From Mobula hypostoma (taxonomy: Eukaryota): 64,000 nucleotides of DNA. Location: the NCBI RefSeq assembly GCF_963921235.1, contig NC_086097.1, positions 14,012,001-14,076,000 on the forward strand, given 5' to 3'. Both the position numbers and the translations under genes were made by a program. The notes beneath the pieces are model-generated. The model was not told the origin of the DNA. It ran no database searches and saw only the letters and a program-made list of their open reading frames with translations. How positions within the stretch are numbered: the stretch's first letter is position 1; every line of letters begins with the position of its first letter. Positions 24,490 through 38,536 of this stretch are shown in pieces.

Positions 24490-25005
24490 CTCCTCACATT
24501 TCCCACAATGCTCCCAGAATTTTCCCACTCGTCCACAAATAGGAGCAATTTCCAGCAGCCATTTAACCAACTAATTTCCTTACTACCTTCAGGGAGGGGG
24601 TAGAGGAGCCTGAAGCCACACATTCAACATTTTAGGAACAGCGTTTTCCCCTCTGCCGTCAGATTTCTGAACGGGCAATGAACCCATGAACACTACCTCG
24701 CTATTTTTGCTCTCTTTTTGCAGGACTTATTTTTTAAAATATATGTATGCATTTCTTATTATAATTCATGCATTACTGCAAAACAACAAATTTCACAACG
24801 TAAGTCAGTGATATTAAAGCTGATTCTAATTCTGAGTCTGATTCAATCTGCACGTCTTGAGAACATGGGTGGAAGCTGGAGTACCCAGGGGGAGCTCCTG
24901 CAGTCACAGCGAGAGCGTTCCAACTCTATACTGAGAGCATCAGAGGTCCAGACTGAGCCCAGGTATCTGGAGGTATGAGGCTGTGCTCTATCATATCCAC
25001 CACTG
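24490..25005 (-). mobile_element. V-SINE interrupted by a Rex1-type 3' fragment (about 24575-24845, plus strand)
   Basis: The SINE halves flank ctaccttcagggagg...tgattctaattctga. Confidence 0.6.
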
Positions 25006-26749
25006 TGCCTCAGTCTCTGATACACCTGCATACACCACTCAAATCTACAGCAACCCTTCCCAAAGTGAACGGCCAAAGAGCAAGAGTAAGTCCCAACCCC
25101 AAATCCCTGAACTAGGGCTGAGGTAAGAGTCAGTGCTGAGAGAGGCTATTTGACCCATCATGATTCGAACAACTCCCTTACAATGATTTAAAGCAATTGG
25201 TGGAAGTATTTGAGAGAAAATGAGCAAAAACAATTCATCCAGAAGGTGGTGCGGGTTTAGAATTCTCTGTTGGAAAGGCTGATAGAGACGGAAACTTCCA
25301 TCACAGTTAAGACATTTTTGTAAGCGTACTTGAGAATATTTGACATGAAAAGCTACAGACCTAGAGATGGCAATTGGGAATAGATTGGATAGCTTTATCT
25401 TGACCAACATGGACACAATGAGCTGAATGACCTTGAAAAGGACCAAAGTTTCAAAGTACGTTTATTACCAAAGTATGTATTCATGATGCAACCCTGAGAT
25501 TTCTCTTCCCACAGACAACTTCAAAGCAAAGAAAACTCGGGAATACATTCAAAGAAAAACACCAAACCCCCACCACCACCCCAAAGCACAAAAACAAACT
25601 AAATGGTGCAAACAGCACCAAAAGTTAAAAAAAAAATTGAGCAAAATACACAGAATATTATAACAAAATCAAGAGTCCAGGCATATTCAGCTCAGCTCAG
25701 CCCAGCTTAATCCAGCACCGTGTCGCTTGTCATTTGCAAGCCGCTGATCGAAATCATACAAAATAGCAACAAAACAAAGGAGCAACTAGAAACTGGAAAC
25801 ACATCCCTCTACACTGATGTCTTCATCATGGAGTGTAGAGAGTTACAGAATCCTTTACAAGGATCTCGAGGTTGTATAGAGTATACATACTTTGATAATA
25901 AACGGTCTTTGACAAGTTTGTTTGGTCTATTTTGTTTATGTTGGTTGAGATAAAGCTATCGAATCTATTCTGTTCACCAAAGTCTTCAGGAGAAGGAACA
26001 TGAAAATTGGAGGGACTAAACTAAATGCTGCGGTGAGGAGTCATGAGGAATCATCACTGCCTCATCTACAGAAGAAGTACCAACGTTCCTTGTAAGATAA
26101 ATCCTGTTACATCCCTTGTGCACAAACCTTTACACTTGAATCCCAGGTTCCTTGGACTATCAGCAGCTTCTTCTATTTACCTTGGCAAAGCTAGTCATTA
26201 TTTTGGATAGTTTGATCAAATCTCCTGTCAAACTTATTTCCTCCGGGGAGAACAAACCCACTATAGCGTTGTACCTGAAGTGACTCATCCTTCAAACCAC
26301 TCAAGGGAATTTTTCCGCACTATCTCTTGGAAGTTCGTATCCTGACTCACGCGTGGTGATTAGAATTAGATATAGAACTTCAGTTGTAGCAGAGCCAATG
26401 TTTTATACAAGCTTCATCATGAGCTCTGTTTTTGTTCATGGTCCCCTCTGTGTAGAATTCCTTGACTAATTCTGTGTGCTGTCTGTGTACCTCTGACACC
26501 CCTTTTATGGTATTACTTAGATTAACCTGCATTCCTCTGTAAAAGGTAATAAAAATACCCTACAAAAAGACTGAAGTATCCCTCTTACACACTGTGGCAA
26601 AATTATTAGCCCACCAAATACCAGTGTAACAATTCTTTACACCATGAGAAATTTATAACTTTTCGTCTCCATCTCTCCTGAACTGTTTTCTTCTTATAGA
26701 TGTCCTGTGCAACTTTCTAAGGAGCATGAGTAATGATAGTTATAGAGGC

Positions 26750-27135
26750 ATAGAAAATTAACAGCTCAAAAACAGGCCCTTCAGTCCATCTAGTCCATGC
26801 TGAAACATTCAAATTGCCTACTCCCATTGACCTGCACCAGGGCCATAGCCGGCCATAGCCTTCCATACCCCTACCGTCCATGTACCTATCCAATCTTCTC
26901 TTAAATGGTGAAATCAAGCTTGCATGCACCACTTGTGCCAGCAGCTCATTCTATTTTCTCATAACCCTCTGAGTGAAGAAGCTTCCTCTCATTTTCCCCT
27001 TAAACTTTTTCACCTTTCACTTTTAACCCATGACCTCTGGTTGTAGTCCCACCCAATCTCAATGGAAAAAGCCTGCTTGCATTTACCCTTTTTATGACTC
27101 TTATAATTTTGTATACTTCTGGCAAATCAGCTCTC
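26750..27135 (-). mobile_element. CR1 3' fragment
   Basis: FKRRLDRYMDGRGMEGYG remnant. Confidence 0.85.
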
Positions 27136-28569
27136 AGATGATGTAAGGTTATTCCTATTATTTATGTGCCTTTCCCACATGACTCTTGCCCAAGTGCAAT
27201 GCACTTTGACTGTACTGCTATTCTGCTAAAATAAAATCCTAATGATATTGTTCTATTTTTGATTTTAGTCTCATGAGAACCGAATGGGAACCCAATAATC
27301 AAACAGTGTTTGGTATTTTCAACTCAGAAGACAGTATATTATAATGACTATTTTGTTTTACTGTGTGAAAAGAAGGTTTCTTTTCGTGCTATTTGAATAT
27401 AGTTTAATATTAAAAACACTCTTAAGTTTGGGGGTCAATAAGTAGATTTAGTCTAGACTCTGTTTAGCATTCTGCGTCTTTTGTAAGCATCTGTAGCTCC
27501 TAGTTGCTTTGAATTCTGGGGTGGTCATATTAATTAATTTGTGTCTAAAGGTAGATAATGTTTTCTGAATGTAAGATATGCAGGCACACTTTGATGTGTG
27601 CCTCTATCAAGTTTGGCCATGTTTGAGACCCATAGTAATGTCTGTTGTCAGGGGTTACTGGATAAATTGTGTTGATACAGGTTTATACTTAGGACCTCCA
27701 AGTCCTTATTTTCTTATCCAACTTGGCCAGTAATGAAAGTCCCACTCCTTATACCTGTCAGCATTTGCTGAAGGCTCCCCTTGAGACGTTGTGCGAAACC
27801 GTGCCAAACATTCCACACAAGAGTATGCCCTAACAAGTGAGTCTATTACATGGTCAGAGGCCATACAATTATTGTATAAATGAATGCTTAACTTTCATTA
27901 GTGGGTGAGCTTGAGAGAGGCGATTAAAAATACTTGCCTGTTGAAAGTTTTCATTTAAACTACCTGTGTGGTAGCTTCTAAGGTGTATTTTTGTTTACCG
28001 TTCACCAGCCACATTCACAGTTCTTTTAAAGAGGTATTAAATGAAGCTGAAGGGTAGAAGATACATAAAACACCACTAGATTTTGGAATAGTTACAGAGG
28101 ACTAGGAAATTGTGAATGTCGATCCACCCTTTATGAAGGGAAGGAGGCAAATGGCAGGAAATTATAGGCCAGTTAGCATGACTTTAGTGGGTCGCAAGGT
28201 GTTACAGTCCATCATTAAGGATGAGGCTTTGGGCGCATATGAAGAAATAGGCTGAAGTCACGATGGTTTCCTAAGGGGAAATATTGCCTGACATGTCTAT
28301 TGAATTTCTTTCAAACTATGTTTGGAGTATTGTGGGCAGTTTTGGGCCCATAGCTAAGAATGGCCTGATTCTGCCCCTTTTTCTTACAGTCAAAGTATTA
28401 TATAGTATTAAATGGAATTGAAACATAAAAGAGGGAAAAAGGGGTGAAAGTGACAAAGGTGTACTGAAGATTTTAGAGAAAAAGTAATACGCTACAGGTT
28501 TATGAGGGAGAGTTTAATAAAGTATAAGGGTTAAATATGTGAGAATCTAACATAGTACTCAGATCATTG

Positions 28570-28920
28570 GGTGGAGAAACACCTCTACCATCCCTCCTTC
28601 CTTCCCCTAGACTGCAGGTCACCCTTGGGCAAGGTGTAGCACTGGCTTCGACCCCTGATTGGTGTCACAGAAAGCCATGGGCGCAGGTGGTGGACGGTCG
28701 TATGAGCAGCCAGTGCATATCATAAGTCTTGGTCATATGACCACTAACACCAGGCAGACAATCTCTGAAGAGCATTGATAATAGCTGGATTCATCCATCT
28801 TGTAAGGATGCTGCCCAGAAGAAGGCAATGGCAAACCACTTCTGTAGAAAAATTTGCCAAGAACAATCGTGGTCATGGAAGGACCATGATTGCCCATGTC
28901 ATACAACATGGCACATAGCA
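28570..28920 (+). mobile_element. RTE-related bipartite SINE-like repeat, family A
   Basis: Colinear with the other family A copies. gaaggcaatggcaaaccac at 28821-28839. Confidence 0.8.
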
Positions 28921-29089
28921 ATCAAACTGAGTACATGGAATATAATGTGGTACGAGTGTGTACAATGTGTTGAAGAGCATATATCATAATATTGACAATA
29001 GAGGTAATGTGGTATAGCATTTTACTGGGGCATAAACAATATTAATTTAATATTGAGAGGTATGGTAGCAGTTCGATCACTCGAGTCCT

Positions 29090-29543
29090 GTATGATGTCT
29101 TCCAAGGGGATTGTCTATTGGTGGGTCCTCAGCTGGCTATAGAGGCCGATTCAAGATCCACATAGGACTTAATCTGGGATGTTTGGGTGGATTCCCTTAA
29201 TGGAGAAGACTTGTGCATGACTTTGCTTCATGTGGGGAGGCTGATGCACGGGCAGCTGCCACACGGTCCTTGACGGATCAGGGTCAGGGTCCAGTGACAT
29301 GGAATGCAAGGTGACTGTGGACCCTTCACTGCCATTGTGATGTGCCATCATCGTCTGCATGCTCCAGTGCTGAGGTCTCGGCTAGATCGCTGTTTATGTG
29401 GAAGTTCCCCCTTGACCGAACTACCATAGATGACCCTACCAGGAGCTAAGTGTCAGATGGCTAAACTCCAGACAGAGTCACTCTCAGGATCACAGGAATA
29501 CACAAGCATCCCTACCACTGCAAGGTGACAATCTGCAGAGAAG
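29090..29543 (-). mobile_element. RTE (Expander/BovB-type) 5'-UTR-derived repeat, family B
   Basis: Minus-strand start cttctc..agattgtcaccttgcagtggt...gcttg...tgatcc...cctggtagggtc. A second copy lies at 54370-54662. Confidence 0.65.
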
Positions 29544-30879
29544 TAATGTAATACTGAGGAGTATAAGAGACTAATCACAGTTGGTTATATTTGTTACCGT
29601 GCTAATAATGTGCATATATTATACAAGTTCTGAGGTACTCAGTGTGTAGTATCTCTACCTTTCAATTGCACCTTGTAATTAGTCAGAGGGGTCAAAATGG
29701 GTTTCTTTGGCTCTGTTTATTCCAACGTAATCTAAACTCCTTTGTGGAACTGAGAGTCTTCTATAATTCTGTTAAATATTCCTTGCAGACAATGTGCGCA
29801 CACACTCACAAGTAAGAAGAAGTGAGATATTGCGTTGGTATTTTATACGTGAGCCATAGAATTCACTTCTGAAATACAAGTTGAGCTGCGGTATCGTCTT
29901 TTGTGTAATATCTGTTTTACACTACAGAATGTAGCCGCAAAGCTGAGACAGACAAGTTTTAGCTGTGTTTTTTTTAAATTTGTAACAAATCCCATAAACA
30001 ATAGACAGAACAGTGCGGAGCCAGCCACTGCAGCCTGCTGCTATTAATTTCAATCTTAACGGCCAACCTCTTCAGGAAGAATTGACTGCCAAGCCTTTCA
30101 TTGGTTGCCAAGTGAACGGCGCGATGACATAAAACGCAGCAAAACGCAACACCTTGCCTTCTGCGTGTCACCATCTTGAGCGGAAAATGCAACAAAGGGA
30201 AAAGAGGACCTGCACACTTTTTTTTCAAGAAGACTTTACACCTTTGAAAAAAAAATGCGCTCAAGAAAGTCACAGATGCCTGGTGCTGTTCTTCAGTTAC
30301 TGGTCTGTGTGTCAACTTGCTCCCTCAAGATGTAAGACAGATCACATAACCAAACTTCAACTTTTAGTGTGTTCTCTGCACAGAGGCTTAAAGAGACCAA
30401 CTTATCAGTAGCCAGAATCACGTAACTACGTCATAACATGAGGAACAGAAGTAGGAACAGGCTATTCAGCTTCTCATACTTGTCCTTCCATTCAATAATA
30501 TGTCTAATTTCCTTCATTAACCCAAAATTCCTCAATTTCCATAAAATTCAAAAGTCTGTCAGTCTCTGTCTTGAATATACTTAGGGACTGAGCTGCCAAA
30601 ACCCTTCAGGGTAGAGAAATCAGAAAAATCACAGCCATCTGGGTGAAGAAATTTCTTCCAATCAGGCCTCAATGGCCATCTCCCTTATCTGCAGACCCAT
30701 ATGGGAGAGAAAAAAGTCAACCTCGTATCAATCTTGTCTCAAGATTGTGCGTTTCAATTAATAACACCCCACTCTCCCAAACTTTAAACATATAGATCCA
30801 GAATGCTTGATTTCCCATGTAGGAGAACACATTCTCCTACAAATCCAACTGGTGAATCTTGTTATGCTCCACCTCACCA

Positions 30880-32215
30880 CCCAATGCTCTGAGTAAAACA
30901 TGGACCAACATGGAAGCTCCTATCAGGCATCATAGCCACCAAGCTGAAGGAATATGTGTATAAATTCCTGAGCCCTGCTCAGAGGGGGTTAGGGAATGGA
31001 AGCAGAGGCTCCAAGCACCAGCTACTGGTAGACAAAGCAGTCATGTGAGACTCCTAAGACTAGGCAAACCAACCTAACACAGCCTGGATCAGCTACCAGA
31101 AAGCATATGTCTCAATGCCCCACACATGGTCCTGGAATGCCTGTCTCTGTACAAGGTCAACAAGACACTAAGGACCTTCATCAAGGACTCACTGGGCTGT
31201 TGGAGGACAATGCGAGAAGTTAACTCAAAGCCAATAGCAGAAGTGGCCATCAGATGTGGAATATACCAGGGAGATGCACTATCCCTACTGCTGTTCTGCA
31301 TAGGCTTGAACCCCCCCCCCCTCAGCCAGATCATCTCAAAGAGTGGATATGGGTACAGGCTCAAGAGTGGAGTGACCATCAGCATCCTCCTGTACATGGA
31401 TGACATCAAGCTGTATGCCAGAGATGAAAGAGACATTGACTCACTAATCCACCTGACAAGGGAGTATAGCAGAGACATTGGGATGTAATTTAGACTGGAA
31501 AAGTGCAGCCAGATGGTGGTGAAAAGAGGAAAACTCATCAAGACCGAAGGAGTCGAGTTTCCTGAAGGCTACATACCAGATGTACGGAACTACTACAAGT
31601 ACCTGCAGGCGCATGGAAGCCACAATGAGGACTCAAGGAAGGATGCAACATCCAAGTACCTCCAAAAAGCAAGGAAGGTCCTAATGAGCCAGCTGAATGG
31701 GAAGAAGAAGATCAGAGCCATCAACACATTCGCCCTATCAGTCATCAGATACCCAGCCACAACAGTGCGTTTCCCAAGGAACAAACTGAAAGCCGCTGAC
31801 ATCAAGACCTGGAAACTACTAACAATACATGGAGGATTCCATCCAACGTCCAACTTCGGGCAAAAGTACACCCCCCGGAATAAAAAGAAGATAGGGACAT
31901 GGAAGTGTCAAGGATACAGTCCTGGAAGAAATGCAAAAAATCCACGGGCATGTCAGGAAGATGGCCCCTAAAGATGACCTGCTAGGAGAATACCTGTGAC
32001 AGCAGGCAGGGACATGGAAATGGAAGTGGGTGAAGCAGAGCCAGAGGACCAGAGGCTATGGCAGGACAAGTCACTGCACAGAATGTACCATCATCACCAG
32101 ATATCAGAGGTGGCTGACATAAGAAAGTCCTACCAATGGCTGGAAATGGCAGGGCTGAGGGACAACACAGAGATATGTCTCATAGCTGCACAAGATCAAG
32201 CGCTGAGCACAAGAA
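30880..32215 (+). mobile_element. R4/Dong (Rex6-like) clade non-LTR retrotransposon, disrupted RT fragment
   Basis: GIYQGDALS.LLFCIGLNP, LLYMDDIKLYA, DIGM*FRLEKC, YKYL, LNGKKKIRAINTFA..VIRY, W.DK.LH.MY and AAQDQALSTR motifs, with stops and frameshifts. Confidence 0.9.
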
Positions 32216-32559
32216 TAACATTTAGAAAGAGTAGTGCAAAAAGAAAGAAAAAAAATTTAAAGTTGTGAGGTAGTATACATGGGTTCAATGTTCATTCAGA
32301 AATCTGATAGTGGAGGGGAAGAAGCTGTTCCTAAAGTATTGAGTGTGCGTCTTTAGATTCCTGTCCCTCCTCCTTAAAGATAGCAATGAGAAGAGGGCAT
32401 GTCCTGGGTGGTGGGAGTCCTTAATGTGGTTCCCACATTTCTGAGACATCGCCTTTTGAAGATGGATATGTCAGAAAGTTCAACTTTGTCAGTAATGTTA
32501 GATCCCCAAATCTTCATCGATAAACCCATTGAGCATAGATAAATTGGAATTCACAGACT

Positions 32560-33095
32560 AATAGAATCAGTCAGCATGGAAACAAGCCCCATTGTCCCAA
32601 CTCATCCATACCAACCGAGGTGACAATCTAAGGTAGTGCCATTTGCTTGCACTTCACCCATATCCTTCTAAACCATTTCTATCCATGCACTGTACCTGTC
32701 CAACTGCCTTTAACTGCTGATATTTTACCTGCAACAACAACTTCCTTTGGTACCAGCCTCTCAATGAAAATGTTATCCGTCAAGTTCCTATTATATCATT
32801 GTCGTCTCACTTTAACATTCTGCCTAAGACTGTGTGCATACTGTTATATATGCTCCTCATTGCTTTATACACTTCGATAAGATCATTCCGCCAATCTCTT
32901 ACACTCTAAGGAATAAAATCTTAGCTGCCAACCTCTCCTGACAACCTAGTCCCTCAATTCCTGGGGTCATCCTGAAAAACACCTCTGCTCTCTTTCCAGC
33001 TTAATGGCATCTTTCCAATCGCAAGGTGACCCAAGATGGAACACAATACTCCAAGTCTGGCCTCGCCAACGTCTTGTACAACTGCAGCATAATGG
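32560..33095 (-). mobile_element. Degraded CR1 3' fragment
   Basis: aacacaatactccaagtctggcctcgccaacgtcttgtacaactgc is the reverse complement of the LYKTL.RP.LEYC region. Confidence 0.7.
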
Positions 33096-33924
33096 TGCTT
33101 TCTAGCCACATTCATGGTGTTTTAAGGCAAACTTGGCTTCAAAGCTGATATTAGATCTTTTTCTCTCCCATTAATAAAGAAGCAAAAAAATTTGATAAAG
33201 TCCACCTTTACCGATACAGTTTGCCAGCTGTACACATCTCCCAACTGAATACGGCTTCATCCTCAGGTCTGCTGAGCTATGCTGTACTCTAACATCTCAT
33301 TCATAACAGCAATTCCATTCTAATGAATATTAATAAGACCCGAGAAGTTAATCAAACACCATTAATCTCCCATCTTTTTTTTTCAACAGCAACATCTAAT
33401 AGCCCAGGTGATGAACAGTCAGCCGTAGCATCACATACCAGGGAGAGTGGAAAAAGAAAGCGCCACCTCATTTTCCCTCAAATATTCCTGGGCTCCGAAA
33501 AATTTGCTGATTTTCAATAGGCTTCCGATTGTTGAGGAGAAACCTCAGGGGAAGAAGAATGCGAGTGTTTGAGTCAGAGAATCAGACAATGACAGAAAGT
33601 TTAGCTTTTGATTCAGCAATAATGGGCACAACCGTCTGGGAAGCCGTAGTGCACGTTCCCAAGCACGCTCAGTGGGGACGGCAGCTGGCGTCCAGCCGTT
33701 GCGTCTGATATTGGCCTTACATTGGAAACGGCAGTATATTTTGAAGCCTTTGGCTAGGGACTGAGGTAGGAACAGTGGGGAGTAGGCAGGTTGAAAGAGA
33801 GGTGAAAATGAGAGGAAGGGACACGGTGGGGGGGTGGGGAGGCGGGTGGTGGAATCTTATATCCAGTTCATTTCTGGAATGACGTAAAATAATCCCGTGA
33901 TGATCTTGTGCAGGAAGAAGAAAC

Positions 33925-34360
33925 TTTGAATCAAAGTCAAAGTAAATTTATTATCAAAACACATCTATATCATTATATACTACCTGGAAATCCATTTTAG
34001 TGTATCTATCACTGTACACAATTTTCTTGCCAGCATTTACAGGAAATAAAGAAGTACAATTAGGTTTATGAAAAATTATAAATAAACAAAGATCAAAAGA
34101 ACCAATGTGCAAAAGAAGACAAATTGGGCAAATAAATAAAAAATAGAGTTGTGGAGTCCTTGAAAGTAAGCCTGTAGGTTGTGGAATCAAGTCAGAGTTG
34201 TGGTGAGTGAAGTTACCCACACTAGTCAGGAGCCTGATGGTAGAAGAGTGATAACTGTTCCTGAACCTGGTGCTGTGAAACCTGAGAGCGGGTGTCTTTG
34301 ATGATGGATGCTGCTTTCTTGTGGCAGTCCTCCTTGTAAATGTGCTCAATGGTGTGGAAG
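33925..34360 (-). mobile_element. Rex1/Babar-type 3' fragment
   Basis: HSTRFRNSY remnant and the shared 3' UTR. Confidence 0.75.
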
Positions 34361-35784
34361 CCGGTGATTCAGGGACATGCTTGTCCCAGCATGTGAAATC
34401 AGCTCTGGCAGACTGGGTGGATAAGACCTACAGTGAGATCCAATGGCTAGGAAGGTGGTACATCGATGCACCTTGGAACACTAAGGGCATGACAAGGCAC
34501 AGAAGAAGTCATGGTCATACACAGCAACAAAGGAAGACCCAGTCTTCCAGAGAGAGTGGAACTTGTACTGAACACTGTGGTGTTCCTGTTAGCTTGTGTT
34601 AAGACTAGCTGCTACCCATGCACATGCTAGTTTAAAATACACATTCTAATTAAGTTGTCATGGTGTTTACTTAGTCCATGATAATTAATGACCAGAACTT
34701 TCTCGTCTTCAGGTAGTTTGGCGATGGAAGCATGGTGACATTTATGCCTCTGCACAACCCTCGGACTGTGTTGGCCATTGACACAAAACAACACATTTAC
34801 TGTATAATTTAACTTTTAGAGGTACTGCTCAGAACAGGCCCTTCCAGCCCTTCGAGCCGTGCTGATTAGAGGCATAGATTACACACAGTCCGCCCCAACA
34901 CAACCCAACAACCCATGAATTAGAGGAATGGACCACATCTTGGCAAACTTCTTCCATCATTATAGAGTAATAGAGCACTACAGAACAAAAAGAGGCCCCT
35001 TTGACCCACCTAGACTGCCTAGTCCCATCAACATGTACCTGGACCACAGCCTTCCAGACCCCTCCCATCCATGTACCTATCCAAATTTCTCTTAAATGTT
35101 GAAATTGTACCTGCATCCTCCACTTCTGCTGGCAGCTCATTCCACACTCTCAGCACCCTTTGAATTCAATGTGACCTCAACAGGAGACCCTTTTTTTCAT
35201 GCTGTTGCCTCCTTCAAAGACAAATCAGATTATGACGAGCTCAAAATAATCCTTTTGTAGTCTCATTTGAAGCCAAAGGGAAAATGTTTCCCCATTAAAA
35301 GCTTTAGACAGGTCTGCAATAAAGAGCTTTAACAACAAAAAAACTAACATCATGCACACTTACATGAACATAGTTTGTAAATACAGCAGTGAAACCAGTT
35401 ACACACATGAATGAAAAATTAATAGGTGTTCACTAGATGCTGGAAATCTGGAGCAACACACAAAATGCTGAAGGAATTCCACAGGTTAGACAGCATCTAT
35501 GGAGAGTCAACATTTCAGATCAAGAACCTTCATTGGGACATATACAAGTTACCTGGGACTGAATCTATTTGCTACAATGAGTTCCTCTCGCACTTTGTGT
35601 GTTAGTGTTTGATTCAGTTGGCATTGGTTGAGAGAATATCCCCAAACTACACTTCAGATGCGTTAAATTCATGACTGGGTCATCACACTCGGTTAGTTTG
35701 TTCCAAGTAACAAACTTCTTCAGTAATAGTTTGCTAGCTTGATCTGTTTATTTTAATACTGTGGGACAATCAGTGACCATTCAT

Positions 35785-36080
35785 AGATAGACAGACAGAT
35801 AGATAGATGGATAGATAGACAGATATGTGGACAGATAGATAGATGAATAGATAGATTGATAGACAGATATATTGACAGATAGACAGATTGACAAATAGAT
35901 AAATAGACAGACAGATGAATAGGCAGATGAATAGATAGATAGAGAAAAATACCCTGATAATTTAGATAGACACGTTGATTGAAATACCGATAGATAGATA
36001 GATGGAGAGTGATAGACAAACAGAGAGAGACAGAATGGGAGATATCCAGGTAGATAGATAATTAGACAGCCAGACAGACT
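35785..36080. repeat. Degenerate (TAGA)n/(CAGA)n microsatellite
   Basis: Visible tetranucleotide repeats. Confidence 0.9.
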
Positions 36081-38536
36081 GCAAGCCAGAAGCATCTATT
36101 CTCCTGACAGTGGCAGTTTAACCTGATGGGGTTAAAGAGGGTTAACCTTGGACCTTGCAGGAACACACTTTAGGCTTATCCTTGGACCTGCGTTATTTGG
36201 AATTAGTGAGATGTAATAGTATGGAGCTTTCATGCCATCAATTTTTACTTTAATTACCAAGATCTCTGTAAGGAAATGTCACAATGCGGAGACATTTGTG
36301 CAGGAAAGATTACCACCAGGTCCTGCCAAGTCTTTGCATAGCTGTGCTGGCAGATAGGATTCATATTCAAATCTGTTACAGCTGTCGCCTGTGCCCAGCA
36401 GAGCACCCTCGGTTCATAAGTGACCCAAATGCTCCCCCCTCCCCCTTCCTCCTTGTATCCTCTCTATCCCCCGGAGGTTACTAATCCTGCCTTCTCTGCG
36501 TACACTGACAGCAGGGAAGGAGTTAGCAAGATTAGACTTACTTAATAATGCAGGAATATTATCAATTATATAAAAAAAGTGGAAGGCTGGCCTTTTGAAG
36601 ATTGGAATCTGCCTGCAAAATACTTGGGTGGGGGAAGTGGGGGGATGGTGTTGAATGGATTTAACCTCAGCAATTATCTCAGTGAAGGAGCTGGACTCTC
36701 TAAATTACAGGCACTCTCGCCACTGAAATCAGTTCAGGATAGGGGTCACACTTCCGGAGTGGCCATATCTTCCAAATGAAAGGGCAGATGCACATTTGGC
36801 CACCTAGGACCACCACAGATCAGATACACCCTTCCACAAAGTTATCAACAATGAAGCAGCTGGAAGAAGCTTTGGTGCTTTGCTTTTAATTTAAAACCTC
36901 GTTTTGAATGTTCAGGTCAGCCAACTATTCTCAGCCCCTGTCCCTGTCCCTGTCCCAAGCCTTATTAAAGAAAAATGATGCGCCTTGACATTACCCAGAA
37001 CCTAAGGTGACCAAAGCTGCCAAGACTGCAGAATCCACCCTGTTTACATTGCAGGATTCCAGAGCACTGGCTGCAACAGATAAACCATCTTCCATGCATA
37101 ATCTCAAGCGCACAACAGCCACTTTCTCTTTAAAAGGCTTTGCGCATCTGTAACGAGTTGGCCCGAATCCTGACATCCACAAACGCTTCATAAACAGCTC
37201 TGCTTCAGTTTTTCTTTTGGCTTGATGTTTATTCCTGCGCTCCCAAACAGGCCGCACTTGGGCAGCAATGATCACTCAGGTTGACATGCTGGTTTTAAAA
37301 TGGCCTTTATTCAAGAGGTTTGGAAAATGGGGTTGGTCTCAAGTTCAAGAGGAATAATCAAGCTTCCGGCTCTGTCCACGTTGACATACTGACACTGTTG
37401 GCTAAGTTTATTTTATTAATTTATAGGATATTGTCATCATCAGCATGTAATTGCCTTTGAAAAGACAATGGTGAGCCACCAGCTTTATCTGCCGCTGCCC
37501 TTGTGGTGAAGGTGTTTCCACACTGTTGTTGAGCTGGGAGTCCCACCCAGTACAACAAATGATTCTGGTATAATTTCATCAGGATTTGCATTTATTCATT
37601 TTTGAGGATTAACCAATTTATTGGTATTGGTTTGGTTTATAATTGTTACATGGACTAAGATACCGTGAAGAGTTTGTCTTCCATACTGTTCATACAGATC
37701 AAATCACCACACAGTGTATTAGGGTAATGCAGAGTTCAGAGATCAAAGTAAACATATTATCAAAGTACATATGTCATCATATAAAATCCTGAGATTCATT
37801 TTCTTGTGGGCTCTCACAACAAATACAAAGAACCATAATAGAATCAATGAAAGACCGCACTCAACAGAACAGACAACCGAAGCGCAAAAGACGAACTGTG
37901 CAAGTACAAAAAGAAAGAACAAAGGAAATAATAATGATAAATAAGCCATAAATATGTCACTCACACCAATATACGTGTTTAATAATGGCCTTCATTCAAG
38001 AGCACCATGCGAGAAATGCTGGAGGAACTCAGCAGGTCAGGATAAAGGTCTGGAAGCTGAGATTGGTTTCCTGTTCAGGAGGAATAGACAAGCCTCTGGT
38101 TCTGCCAATTCTACAATTCCTGATAACATTATACCAGAATCATTCTTTGTTCTGAGTGTAATTCACTGCTCAACACCAGTGTGGGAGCACCTTCAGCAGG
38201 ACTGCAGAGTTTATGCTGGTGGCTCACCATCGTCTTTTCAAGGGCAATTACATTTGAACATGAGATGAAGAGCAGTTGAAAGTGAGTGCAAGGTAAAACA
38301 ATAACAAAACAGAATAAAGTATAAAGCTACAGAGAATGTTTGGAACAGATTCATTTAAAACAAACAGCAAAATGTGGCCTTGGCGTTAAACAGCCAACGT
38401 AACCTTGGGAAGCGCTGGGGACAGCCCGCAAGTGTTGCCACACGTTCCACTGCCCACCTTCTACAGCAGAACAACACAGGCAATGATAAAAACAACAAAA
38501 CAAAGCAACAACAGCAAAACAAGCCCCGTTTCCACC

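Noticed and set aside
36991..37275. 94-aa minus-strand ORF in a unique island
   Set aside because: No recognisable motif or exon boundaries, and the length is within chance expectation.
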